A stretch of DNA of 64,000 bases from positions 119,722,001-119,786,000 of the forward strand of contig OX597816.1 of NCBI GenBank assembly GCA_951406725.2. The letters run 5' to 3'. A program made the translations under genes and the position numbers. Below are positions 49,480 through 62,273 of the stretch, piece by piece; within the stretch, counting starts at the first letter, position 1, and each line of letters begins with the position of its first letter. Under the pieces are notes generated by a model that searched no databases, was not told the origin of the DNA, and was given only the letters and a program-made list of their open reading frames with translations. This DNA is from Octopus vulgaris. Lineage: Eukaryota.

Positions 49480-50326
49480 AACTTATTTACCTAAATTTTA
49501 ACATCGTCTCCTTCGAAATAGTCACCTTTCGAGCAATATACAATCCCAGCGTTCCTGCTACTTTTGGAATCCTGTCTGGGAGTCGTTTTCTGTAAGCGAG
49601 TCAAGGACTTTCTACGATTCGCTCTGGATCTCACCGGTGTTAAAACGGTGACCTTTGAGCTGCATTTTCATTTTGGAAAGAGATAGAAGTCCGCATGTGC
49701 TAAATCTGGCAAATAGGGCGGGTGCAGAAGCGATACCATGTTGTTCTGGGCGAGAAACTCACGAGTGAAAAATCCAATTCTTCACTCTCCACAGATCCGG
49801 TCACTTTCGCCGAATGACCTCCCTCAAACGCTTCAAAACGTTGCAGTTAAATTCTCGGTTGACGGTCTAATCCGGCCGAGTGAGGGTGGGATTCTAGATG
49901 CACATTACTACATTTCCGGGAGTGACGCTCGTGGCAGATCTTCCGGATCGCTCATAGTCTTCCTGGGATGTTCTTCCACTTTTGAAGCACCCGTGCCACT
50001 AGAAACATTGCGTACGATCCATTGTCACATCGCCGTAAGCTTGATGAAGCACGTTCAGTGTCTCTCTTGTAGACTTCCCAAGTTTAACACAAAATTTCAC
50101 GTCGGTTCTTTGTTCCAATTTCCTGTCCATGGCAAAATCGCAGACTACGACATCCACGTGATCACAAAAACACACATTTCCCAAACTAGCGAAGTAAAGA
50201 CAGGGATGTTACTTGGCACACTGCCTCGTGAAAATCACTGCAAGCTCTCACTGTGCACATAAACGCGTGCTGCCATCTGTTGGCGCACTACATAACTAGT
50301 TCAGGAAATGTTTGATACCAATTCGT
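49480..50326 (-). mobile_element. Internally deleted mariner transposon (pseudogenised transposase)
   Basis: N-terminus EQRT.VKFCVKLGKS..ET...L..AYGD; C-terminus HPPYLPDL..DFYLFPKMK..LKG.RF and GDYFEGD; one TIR-like end at ~50297-50326 next to TA. Confidence 0.9.
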
Positions 50327-50507
50327 ATACAGGTGTTTGGTTCAGTCTTTTGTATTTGTGATTTTTTTGCTCTCAGCTTTTCAATCAGTTGCATGGTTTG
50401 GGGCCATCTTATATCTATCCTTGCACATCCTATGTGCTGGAATAAATGCCTGAGACAGAATTCAGCACTTAAAATTTCAGCCGTTAACCATAAAAGATAG
50501 CAGAACA

Positions 50508-50720
50508 CGTTTAGTGGTTAGGGTGTTGCACTCACAATCGCAAGATCGTGGTTTCGATTCCTAGACTGGCCGTAAGTTGTGTTCATTTCACGTTGCTCCT
50601 GTCCACTCGGCTGTAAATGGGTAACCTTGTGACGGATTGGCGTACAAGGGTGAGATGTTGACTCAGGAAAATCACACGAAAGGAGGTCTCGTGAGCCATA
50701 TTTTGTATCCAGAAATCGAA
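50508..50720 (+). mobile_element. tRNA-derived SINE (third family)
   Basis: TAGTGGTTAGGG A-box, GTTTCGATTCC B-box, V-domain-like CCTTGTGACGGATTGGCGT (assignment from memory). Confidence 0.7.
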
Positions 50721-52359
50721 GAGATGAATAGCACAACCGTACTGTGAATCCCTATCGATTAGGATAACACTTTTCAGTGGCTATATTCTTATAAATACAA
50801 AATAAAAGTGAAAATTTTCAATCATTATCATGTGAAATATAAAAATAATACGCCAAAACTTTTTTATTATAGCATTAATATTTCATTTGTTGTTGTTTTG
50901 TGTTTGTTTGTTTTTTTGCTTGTTTTTTTTGGAGTTTTTGTTTTTGGCATTTTAATACCCAAAATTAACTGTATTACAAAAGACCATCAGAAAACAATGT
51001 TTGTAAATGTGAAATAATGATATATGATGGAAACAGGCTTCAAATGGAAATACCAATTGATGCCAAAAGCTGCTGAAAGATTACAGTACTGTTAAATTGG
51101 GAAATCATATACAATGTGAATTATTATGATTGAAAAAAGTGATACTAATATTGTTTGTTTGTTGTTTATTTGCGTAGTTGTCTATAGAAATCAGAGTTAA
51201 CGATCGGACTGGTCATAAAATACAACTATATTGAAAACAACTTTAATTACCTTGTTTGAAAATGTTGCCAGCGACAAATTGAAACAAACAGAACATAAAC
51301 ATTGATATTTTACAAACGTTTATTGAATAACACGCAAAAACACCTTCAGTTTATAAGATCATTGACCTCAGACTGAATATTGAGGAAGATTTGTGATTCC
51401 TTTTGCACAACAAGACAGGTTATCGTTTATGATATTGAAAGATTTTTTCTTCATGTTTTAATCTATAGATGTCTACAGATGTAATTATAGGCCCCGGTCC
51501 ACAAGACCAAGAAAGGAGTATAATAATGAGTGTACCATTTTTAAATAAAATTAGTCAAAGATGTTGATACGATTTAGATATTTTCATGATGGAAATGATA
51601 CAGCAGTTTTTTTTTATTTGAGTTATGACTATGAGACAAAAACCATTGGTAAAATAGACAGATTTAAGCATTTCAGTAAACCATGTGAATTGCTAAGACT
51701 GTTTGTCGTGAGGACTAAAACTGTCCAAAGTTTCAGAAAAAGGTATTTTGACAAAATAACTCATAGCTCATGACGCCTGTAACTCCAACAATCCCTCGCT
51801 CAGCACTCCTACCACCCAATTAACACTTCACTCTACAGTTCTCATTCATTGCAAGGATTTCTTCATCTCCATCCTGTCTTCACGTTGTAACATATTCACT
51901 TCTGTTTCATTTCCAATATCCAATGCATTGTATACTACAGTCAAAGCACCTTTATCCGAATCAAGACTTTTACACTCCTCACAATAGCCAAACTTACCCC
52001 TTACCAAGGTTTACGAAGACTTTTTACTTTTTACAAAGCCTATTTATCAAATGTTTCTAATCTTTATTATAAGAGAGGTAAGTCAGTTTGTCATTGAATT
52101 TAACGATTAAACCATATCAGGTATTAATCCAAGTAGAAGGTATTTGTTAGTGTGTCAATGACATCAAATGTAAACTTGCACTCCAATATCAGATTACTTA
52201 GTGCGTCATGCACAACTTTATTTTACGTATGTCTTGCTGGGTGTCAACACTGGTTCTCACGATGAGCAAGTGTTTGCAATTGTATATAAGGTTAAAGCGG
52301 CCGAGGATTTGACGATCATTTGCAGAGATTATTTTTATGGTGACACTACGTATATACGT

Positions 52360-52575
52360 ATGTGTGTGTTTGTGTGTCTGTGTTTGTCCTCCCAGCATCG
52401 CTTGACAACCGATGCTGGTGTGTTTACGTCCCCGTAACTTAGCGGTTCGGCAAAAGAGACAGATAGAATAAGTACTAGGCTTACAAAGAATAAGTCTTGG
52501 GGTCGATTTGCTCGACTAAAAGGCGATGTTCCAGCATGGCTACAGTCAAATGACTGAAACAAGTAAAAGAGTAAA
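52360..52575 (+). mobile_element. CORE-type SINE tail
   Basis: Matches other copies. Confidence 0.9.
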
Positions 52576-53203
52576 AGAGAGAGTTACATGCACCAGATGA
52601 GTAAGGGTCTGTCACAGATCTTCCATTCGATATTGAGGGAATAGTTTTCTTGATTCCTGAGAATCAAGCCAAAACGAACAGGATAGTGGAGTTCTCCGTC
52701 CTTATATCTGAAGGAGTGCATATATTGCCTAAAATACCCATTAAACCATTAGCAAGAGGATCCTTAAGAATTCCCATCTTAGTCGCCCGGAGCGCTTAAT
52801 TGCCAGATGTGCCTCTCTGAGAAACTGTATATTCCACAACAACTTCCATTTTCTATCAACAGAAAACTAATATATTGTAGTGTTGCCATCAAAAAACTCA
52901 TTGAGAAAGAACTTCAAAAATTGCCCAGTTATATAGAGTAAAGGCCTCTGTCACACTTGAAGGCATTTATGCAGTTGCAAGCACATTTTAATTGTGAGAT
53001 TATCCTTCCGCTCATCTCCAGTACTCTCTCTCTCTCTCTCTCTCTGTCACTCACACACACGCACACACACACACACACTCACAAACACACACATACACAC
53101 ACGTTTATATGCATGTGTGCATGTATTATGAATATATATATATTGTGTTTGTATATATGGATATATGTATGAATATAAGAACTATTAAAAGAGTTCTCTC
53201 TCT

Positions 53204-53242
<39 letters not shown>

Positions 53243-53246
53243 TATA

Positions 53247-53803
53247 TCAATATCTATAAAGCTGAAATGCGAAAAGTTTGTTTGTCTCATTTTGGGATTG
53301 AAACCTTGTTTGAAAATGTTGCCAGCAACAAATTGAAACAAACAGAACATAAACATTGATATTTTACAAACGTTTATTGAATAACAACGCAAAAACACCT
53401 TCAGTTTATAAGATCATTGACCTCAGACTGAATGGGGTCGAATTGGCTCCAAAATTTACAGGGAAATGTAAAAAGAGGCAAGGAAGTGAGTGGACTAGGT
53501 TAGAAACTCATATCTCAAAAGCTGTGGTTACTAGGACAACAAAACCCATACTTTGACAAGTGTTTGTCGTTTCTCTCTTTCGCATATCACCCTGTCTTAC
53601 TCCATCTCTCTCTCTCTTTCCTTCCTTCCCTCCAATTTTCTCTCTATAACGACGTTTGAAAGGAAGAGTAAGTGAGTGGGAAAGTGAGAGAGAAAGGAGA
53701 GAGAAACAAAGAGGGAGAATGTGGCGATAAGAAACAAAATGGAAGCAACAGAAAGTAACGACCACACCCTCATCCGCGCGTAGAGCAGGTCACCTTAAGC
53801 TAG
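53247..53803 (+). mobile_element. Non-autonomous Helitron in (TA)n carrying a copy of 51249-51378
   Basis: 5' A|TC..TATAAAGCTGAAATGCGAAAAGTTTGTTTGTC; 3' hairpin ATCCGCGCGTAGAGCAGGT then CTAG|T. Confidence 0.72.
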
Positions 53804-53934
53804 TATATATATAAATTTATATATATGTATGGAGAGAGGGTGAAACAGAGAAGGACAGAGAGAGCTTGATAAATAGACATACAAATATGTATGCATACCA
53901 CACACATACACGCACACACGCATGCACACATACG

Positions 53935-54029
<95 letters not shown>

Positions 54030-54032
54030 GAA

Positions 54033-54193
54033 AGGCGTCTTCTTTTAGTTTCCGTCTACTAAATCCATTAACAAGGCTTTTGTCGGCCTGAAAGTATAGT
54101 AGAAGACACGAGCCCAAGTTACCACGCAGCGAGACTGAACCCGGAATCATGTGCTTGGGAAGCAAGTTTCTTACTATACAGCCACGCCTGCAC
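54033..54193 (-). mobile_element. CORE-type SINE head
   Basis: Matches other copies. Confidence 0.88.
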
Positions 54194-54248
54194 CTATATG
54201 TGTGTGTCTACATACATACATACATACATACATACATACATACATACA

Positions 54249-54282
<34 letters not shown>

Positions 54283-54601
54283 CATACATACATTCAATGT
54301 TATTCAACGTACTGATCTAACGATTTTGTTGGGGTTTTTTCCCTAGTATTTACTGCCGTCTCTTTTTAACAGTCCACCTATTGTAATGTGATTCTTAGCT
54401 GTTTGGTGTTTACACCACTCTCTGTTGCTATGGAGCTAAGATCAAAGGAAATTGCAATTTCGTTCGGCTAGTGGTGCTGTGTGAGAAATATAGATAAAAA
54501 TATGAAAAAACTGCGTCACTGACGGTAGTTTACGGGTGGCCTATGGACCTATCAATGTCATATACATATTGATATACATATATATACACACATATATATA
54601 C

Positions 54602-54660
<59 letters not shown>

Positions 54661-54711
54661 CATATATATACACACACATATTTACACACATATATATATA
54701 TATACATATAC

Positions 54712-54746
<35 letters not shown>

Positions 54747-54977
54747 TGTATGCGTCTAAGTATATATGGAGTATGTAGATATGTATACTATATGGCTAGT
54801 ACAAAAGGCTAACATAATTTAATAGTTTATATAGACGTGTTAATCGTGGGTCATAAGGTAGTGACGGAGTTGTATTGTTGGTATTGGCGGTAATGGCGTA
54901 TGTGAAGTTGTTTAGCCCCAAGTAAACGTTGATTTGCAGATTTGTGATCAAAAATGGTCAATTGTAACAACACCATA

Positions 54978-55064
<87 letters not shown>

Positions 55065-55268
55065 TAGTCTTATTTTAATCATGTGCTTTTACTGCAATAC
55101 CGAGCGCATCTCTGTGCTTTGGATATGTGCTGTGGTTTATTGTAGTGCTCTTATTTTCACTGTATTGAAAGTGTTTTATGTAGGATGTGTGCGGTGCCTA
55201 GTAGTACTATTTTCTGTATGTTACATATACATGTAAACTCTGGTGTTTTTTGTTATGTATTTGTCTGA

Positions 55269-55330
<62 letters not shown>

Positions 55331-55825
55331 AATGCACCTAGGAATTGTTTCTGTTTTTAGGCTCCACATTCGAGTTACCTCTATTTCCAGATCTTTGTAT
55401 TTTGAAAGTTTCACCGTTTCTTTAGAGAAACATTGTCATCTGTTGGTATTGATACATCGATTAGAGAGCATTTTTTTTCTTGGTGATCTCTGACAACTAT
55501 ATCCTGCCTATTGGCCTTAATTTCTCTATCTGTGTGTATTGGCATATCCCAGAGTATGGTTGTTTTCTCATTTTCTGTGATCAATTTTTTTTCTGGTGTC
55601 ATTTCATAGTGTTGGCATAGCTTCCAGTGTATATAGGTCCTAACTCTGTCGTGTCTGTGAATATATTCCTTCTTAGCTGGGACAGGGCAACCAGAGACAA
55701 TATGATTTATTGTTTCTTCTCAATCACCACATATTCTGCAGTTACTTGTATTTCTTTTCATTGCGTGTTTTTTTGGTGATTTCTGGTGGGAAGGCGTTGA
55801 TCTTGTGCTGCAATTAAAAATCCTT
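55065..55825 (-). pseudogene. R4/Dong-like LINE 3' fragment between (TAA)n arrays
   Basis: CRICG..EETINHIVSGCPVPA..EYIHRHD and ILWDMPIHTDREIKANRQDIVV..CSLIDVSIP. Confidence 0.9.
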
Positions 55826-55826
55826 T

Positions 55827-55857
<31 letters not shown>

Positions 55858-55861
55858 CGTC

Positions 55862-56009
55862 TTTACTTTCTGAGTTCAAATTCCGCCGAGGTCGACTTTG
55901 TCTTTTATTCTATTGAGATCGGTAAAGTATGTTCCAGTTGAGCACTGGCGTCGATGTAATCGACTTACCCTCTCCCAAAAATTACTGACCTTGTGCCAAA
56001 ATTTGAAAC

Positions 56010-56051
<42 letters not shown>

Positions 56052-56067
56052 CAGCAGCAGTAGTAGT

Positions 56068-56134
<67 letters not shown>

Positions 56135-56345
56135 TGGTGGCGAGCTAATAGAATCGTTAACACGCCGGGAAAATGCTTAGCGGCATTTTATCCATCTTCA
56201 CGTTCTGAATTCAAATTCCACCGAGGTCGACTTTGCCTTTCATCCTTTCGGGGTCAATAAACTAAGTGCCAGTGAAACACTGGAATCGATGTAATCGACT
56301 ATCCCTTTCCCCAATATTTGAGGCCTTGTACCTATAATTAAAGAA
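55862..56345 (+). mobile_element. Two SINE copies (second family) separated by (TAG/CAG)n
   Basis: 55862-56010 and 56135-56345. Confidence 0.88.
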
Positions 56346-56599
56346 AGGATTATTATTATCATTATTACTAGTTTTTTTTTTATTCTTTCAATTTTGTTTC
56401 CATTTCTTGCCGAATATCTTCTCGACATCTAGGGCAAAGAAACTCACAGTATACATTGGTAGGCCATTAAAATAAACACACTAGATTGTTCATTTACAAA
56501 GTAATGTAATTGAAAAAAGCAAAAAAAAAAAAAAAAAAGGAAAGGGAAAAAGAAAAAGGAAAATGGCAAAAGAGAAAAGAAAATAGAAAAAAAGGAAAA

Positions 56600-56767
56600 A
56601 ATTCACAGAGAAAATGCTCTTCTCAATGCGTGTGACATGTCAATTAAAACAATCTTTTGTACTTCTTGCATGGATGGTAAACCAGGGATCATTTAAAAAT
56701 AATTTTCAGTTCCTTTCTTCATCATTTCATGTTCTCCAACAATCACTGGTATTGTAACCACCTTAAG
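56600..56767 (-). pseudogene. R4/Dong-like extreme 3' fragment
   Basis: LKVVTIPVIVG...MMKKG..IPG.PS.QEVQKIVL; abuts (TAA)n. Confidence 0.7.
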
Positions 56768-56831
<64 letters not shown>

Positions 56832-56833
<2 letters not shown>

Positions 56834-57470
56834 GAGTGAGAGAGCGATGCATGTCATCAAAGTGACACTGGAGTACAAATATACGAAACCCAATATACCC
56901 ATCATGATTACCCGTCTAAGGGTACATCAAGCACATGCATCACAAGCATATGTATGCGATATGGTGATCTCATATCAAGATAAACAGCGCATGACCTTGC
57001 CGGTGGGGTCTCAGAATTTTCTTCAGATCGAGTAGCCCATCCCGCTCAAGAGGTCCCTGAATAAGATTTGTTTGAAGATCATGAACAAAACACCTATGTT
57101 TCTAGAAGTGAATTATTCAAACCCCAAAGAATTTATGCTCCCCCACTACTCTGCTCGTGATCAGAGATGCACATATCGTCAGCCACCAAGGGACCTACTC
57201 AACTGGTTAAGGTCAAGTAAATGACAATCAAATATGTGGTATTGAACAGAATATTTGCAGTAGCCCATCTTTTATACCAAATCAGTATTATTATTATTAT
57301 CATTACTATTATTATTATTATTATTATTATTGAGTGAGAGAGCAGTGCATGCCATCAAAGTGACACTGGGGTAAAATATACGAAGCCCAGTATACCCATC
57401 ATGACTACCCGTCTGATAAGGGTACACTAGGCACATGCATCACAACCATATGTACGCGACATAGTGATCT
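56832..57470. mobile_element. Interspersed repeat embedded in (ATT)n: long copy 56832-57285 and partial copy 57331-57470
   Basis: Both start TGAGTGAGAGAGC..TGCATG.CATCAAAGTGACACTGG directly after (ATT)n. Confidence 0.8.
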
Positions 57471-57500
57471 CTATTATTATTATTATTATTATTATTATTA

Positions 57501-57556
<56 letters not shown>

Positions 57557-57560
<4 letters not shown>

Positions 57561-57830
57561 TATGTTTGACTTTTGCTATATATTGGTACAAGTTGGCTCC
57601 AAGTTTCACCCAGAGACCTCAAGAGACAACAGGTTGGAAGTTCACGTTGTTGTTATGCCTAGTGTGCCATATATATATATTTTTTTTTTTGGTGTTGTAC
57701 TAGTGGATGTCAAAAAAAAAATGATGTTTGTTCTAAACCTTGAGATTACATAGAAAGTATTTTGCGTAGGATATGAGCAGTTCCCATGAACACTATCTTT
57801 TGAATTTCTGCCATTTTTGGGTTTCCACGA
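57557..57830 (-). mobile_element. R4/Dong-like 3' end/UTR fragment abutting (TAA)n
   Basis: Minus-strand remnant PKMAEIQKIVFMGTAHILRKIL. Confidence 0.7.
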
Positions 57831-58389
57831 TTTTATTATCGGGTATGTCCTTCCATCTTAAAGAGAGTTAGGTGAGTAACATTTGATGGTGGGGATTTAT
57901 TTGGTTGTGTTGACTGTGTTTGTCGTGGTGGACGTCTGTGTTAGTACTTGAAATTATTCCTGTGGACATGTCACACCTTACCTCCTACAAGCAAGAGCAC
58001 ATTTGATAATGTCGCCCTAGGTACACTACGGCCGGAGTAATGAACGTAGCTGTCACTGTTAGAATACCTTTTGTTTGCTCGATCAAAATTGAGCGGGAAC
58101 ACCTTATACTTGTAAAAAGTGACAGATAGCAAGATCGGTAGAATACTAAGTGGGTGTTATTTAGTTGTGTGTCAGCACATTCTAAGTTCAAATCCCGCCA
58201 ACGTCGACTTCGTCTTTGATCCTTCCAGGAATCGATAAGATAAGTAGCAGTCAAATACTGAGACACATCTGATCAACCATAGTCCCGACCCTACCTCATT
58301 AGCAAATCTATATTGGTTTCAAATTTTGGCAAAAGGTCAGCAATTTCGGGGAAGGGAGGGCAATTGATTACATCAATCCCAGTGCCACT

Positions 58390-58790
58390 CTGACTCGGAG
58401 GAGTAGCACCAGTCAAAATCTCAGCTATTGGTTAATTAGTATATTAGGACGCCCCTTACTATGCAGGTTAAGACTGGACACGGCGGACTCTACGGAACAA
58501 ACCTTCATAGTTAAACGGAGGGAAGGCAGCCGCAGCAATGCATTATGGAGTGCAGAGAGCAAGATGAAGCAAGTAAGATCCATTGTATCTGTTTCCATCC
58601 CCAGTCGTTTTGGCTTGGTCTTGCCACTGGATTGAAGATGATCAGGGACGTGAGGGTGAGGCTAACGGTGCGTAACTCTTCTTTACTTTAAATAAAGTCA
58701 TTGCACAAGTCGTCAATCATCCCTAAGGATGACTAGATAGTCCTCATCACTCCGTCGGACGAACGTGGTATACTTGTATATTATAACTAC
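58390..58790 (+). mobile_element. Possible RTE-type 5' UTR remnant
   Basis: GC-richer island with CCCCAGTCGTTTTGGC..GCCACTGGA..TTAAATAAAGTCATTGCACA, reminiscent of RTE leaders (from memory only). Confidence 0.4.
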
Positions 58791-60149
58791 TATAATGAGG
58801 ATGGGTACCTATCTCACTATTCAACAATTACTATCACATCAACAGCAAAAATCAAAACATCCACACCTACAACAGTAATATCAAATGTATAGAAGTAAAA
58901 TCAAAAACAAATTCAGTAATAGTATGATCAATCATAATATCAACTATAACAAATATATGAAAAACAAGACAACAATATATACTACTCTAATAAAGAACAA
59001 CAGCTGGTGTCAAAACAAAACCGACAACGTCAGATGCAAGAACAAAACAACTACAGCAATAACAAATTTAACAACAAAAGAGATTTTTTTTTAATAATTT
59101 TAGTTTACAACAGCTGTAATCAGTAGCCACAACGACTAAAACCACAATGTCTACAGCAACAACAACTAAAGCACTAGCAGCACAAAAAATATATAAGCTT
59201 ACTACAAGGCCTGAAAGTAAAGGCAAGGACATAACTTCTGCTGACGACGTCTAATAACTTAGAAACGTTTAGAGTCGTATCCCTTGCTTGCTCGCTCGGC
59301 CGAAGAATAATGATAGCTAACTTTTAATATTTCCTTTTCATATTCATCTGTATTTACCGCTGTTGAGGTTATTATAATTGTGCTCATCGGAGATTGAAAG
59401 TATAAAAAGAATTGCGGCTATCCTCTGTTACTGGAAGTGAAGAAGTGTCATATCCGGCTTGTGGATGCTATAAAAAAAAAACAAAGTCGCAGAGACAATT
59501 AATCAAAGAAGTTGTCAAGAGTATTGTCCCTTGTCTCCCAAAATCTTAGTTATGATGCAGCAAAGAAATAATCAAACCTACATTTTTATCGCTGACGAAC
59601 CAAGACGAACCAAGTGTTACCTAAAAAGGTAAGAAATAATAGTCTGGTTTCCATAAATCCCGTCTTACATTTTTTAAACCTAGAACGACAGATTAAATAA
59701 TATAATCCAAGATACATTATGACTGCAAGTGAAGAAAAAATAAAGTGGTGATAGTTAGAGTGTCTTTTGGTCATAGATCTGCCCAGTCAGGACTGATCTG
59801 AGCCTAATTAAAGTGACAGCAGATATGACAACAACTGGTTGAGCAACCGCAGACACAACATAAACTGCGACAAAACAGCAACAATATGGTACATGTATCA
59901 AGTCGCGGGGACAATTCATCAAGGAACTTGTCAAGAGTTATGTCCCTTGTACCACCATCCCCCCATTCCTCCTCTCACCCACCCACCCCCCAAAATTGGT
60001 GAGTTGTGATGCAACAAAATTATAGTGGGTAAATATGTGTAAGAGGTTTAAAGGAGTTGATAAATGAGAAGGGAGATTTAGGAGGGGTATTGGATGGGTG
60101 CCTAAACCCTTTTCCCCCATGTGTAGGTGCTATGCGTATGTTTTAGTCA

Positions 60150-60664
60150 AAACTTTCCTGGACTCACAGGATATGATGGTGGAAGGACCGATGGAGACGT
60201 TCTCGATTAAACATGTCTAGCATTTTCTGCCACTGCTAAAATAAACATTACACTTCTCCATGGTTTTCCATTTAATGTTGCAATCGATGGCGCTTTCGTT
60301 CAATAACCCTATATTCCTTACCAGGGCAGTGACATTGCGCCTCTCAAGAATATTAACGGAGGATTTATGATTGTTAAATGGTCCTGAAAGGCTCTTCTGT
60401 TGCGCCCACATACTTCCGCACGTTTGACTCTCCGCTGGGATCTTTTGACGTCATTTCTGTTTCATTTACATCTTTCTCCGTATTGCAGTGGTAGTTAAGG
60501 GGACATGTGATGTTGCCTCCGCATGAGCATCCTGCTTCTGTCTCATGTGTGGGCCTACATGTTAATATGGTCTTTATACGGGGTACACAGTTACAAGATA
60601 CTCTTAAAGTGCATCTATTAACAATTTTACGGAACCTATTTGTACGAGAAAAATGTCTATCCAC
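60150..60664 (-). pseudogene. Penelope-like GIY-YIG endonuclease C-terminal fragment
   Basis: CSC....CPL..HC, RKYVGATEEPF, NNHKSS, TAL and IKWK..EKC..Y.SGRKC across ORFs 60374..60664 and 60217..60411. Confidence 0.88.
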
Positions 60665-60906
60665 TAAGCCAAGGCTTTAGAAAGTTACACTAGCTCAAGA
60701 TTCCACGTAATGGTATCGAACCTGGGACTACTTGGTAGAAAAAGGAACTCTTTAATGATTTTGCTACATGTCGTATATGTGTATGTGTGTGTATGTATGA
60801 TAAATTATATGATACACTATATATATATATATATATATATATGTGTACATATATATATATATATATACAACCAAACAAAATTATATATACACAAACACTG
60901 ATTCAC

Positions 60907-60971
<65 letters not shown>

Positions 60972-61317
60972 GAGCTATAATGGAATGAAATTTAAGATAA
61001 AGTAATATAAAGCAGAATAAACTAGAATGAAATAGACCAAATCAAATAAATTGTGACTGAATTGAAGGACAATAGCAACAGATCTTAGGAACAAATAATT
61101 ACTCCACGCAAACTAAGATGATTCCAACCTTCAATGACACTTACTTAGCAACATAGAAAAACACTTCTTTCATTTGGCTTTTAATAAATTAAAAAGCAAT
61201 ATAGACATGTTTTCAATGAAACTTATCTCTGACTTTATGTGTGTGTCTCACTCTTCCCTTCCCTTTTTCTGTTGCCCCCACTCTCTCCCTCTCCCTCTCA
61301 CCTTTTTCTTTTCCTCC

Positions 61318-61319
<2 letters not shown>

Positions 61320-61364
<45 letters not shown>

Positions 61365-61557
61365 CGTGTGTGTGTGTGTATAAATGCATATATATGTATG
61401 TATATGCATACATGCATAAGCACACACGTTTATATATATGCATATATACACACATTCATACATATATAGATATATGCATATAGATATATATATATATGAC
61501 TACATATGTAAATACATTCATATATATATATATACATATATATATGTATATTCATAT

Positions 61558-61628
<71 letters not shown>

Positions 61629-61676
61629 TATATACATATATATATACATATATATATACATATATATATACAAACA

Positions 61677-61752
<76 letters not shown>

Positions 61753-61800
61753 CATATATGTATGATACATATATACATAAAAGGTTTGTGAGTGTGTGTT
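61320..61800. repeat. Compound TA/TG/CA microsatellite field
   Basis: Directly visible. Confidence 0.95.
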
Positions 61801-61889
61801 CGTGTAAAGCTGTATGTCTATGTTCATATGTCCATGCATTGCTCCTTGTGTGTGTTTGTGAATGCATACATCATTCAGTATATCCATGG

Positions 61890-62001
61890 TTTCAAGTAGT
61901 TTATCCAAGCGGATATCTGCGATCTTCAGTCGACACGGTATAGAGATGGTGCTATCTTTACTTCGTGTCCAGTGATATCCGCTCGGATAGCCTACTTGAA
62001 A
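61890..62001. repeat. Imperfect ~110-bp hairpin (mini-MITE-like)
   Basis: TTTCAAGTAG..TATCCAAGCGGATATC / GATATCCGCTCGGATA..CTACTTGAAA, with inner GACACG/CGTGTC. Confidence 0.8.
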
Positions 62002-62230
62002 TATAGTACATATTATATATGCATATACATACATATATATACATACATACATGCATACATACATGCATGCATATATACATGCTTGCATGCATATATACAT
62101 GATTGCATATGTATATCTATGTATGCTTGTATGCACGTATGTATTTATCTATTTATAAAACAATATTGGCTTCAACAAACGGTTTCAGATCAAAATTCTA
62201 GATAACAAATTCAAAATCAGACAACCGTTG

Positions 62231-62273
<43 letters not shown>

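Noticed and set aside
50296-50508. Host exon on the minus strand (ctcag| acceptor)
   Set aside because: Short, sandwiched between a mariner and a SINE, with no recognisable protein or partner exons.
58390-58500. HDV-like ribozyme in the putative RTE leader
   Set aside because: I could not build the nested double pseudoknot by eye.
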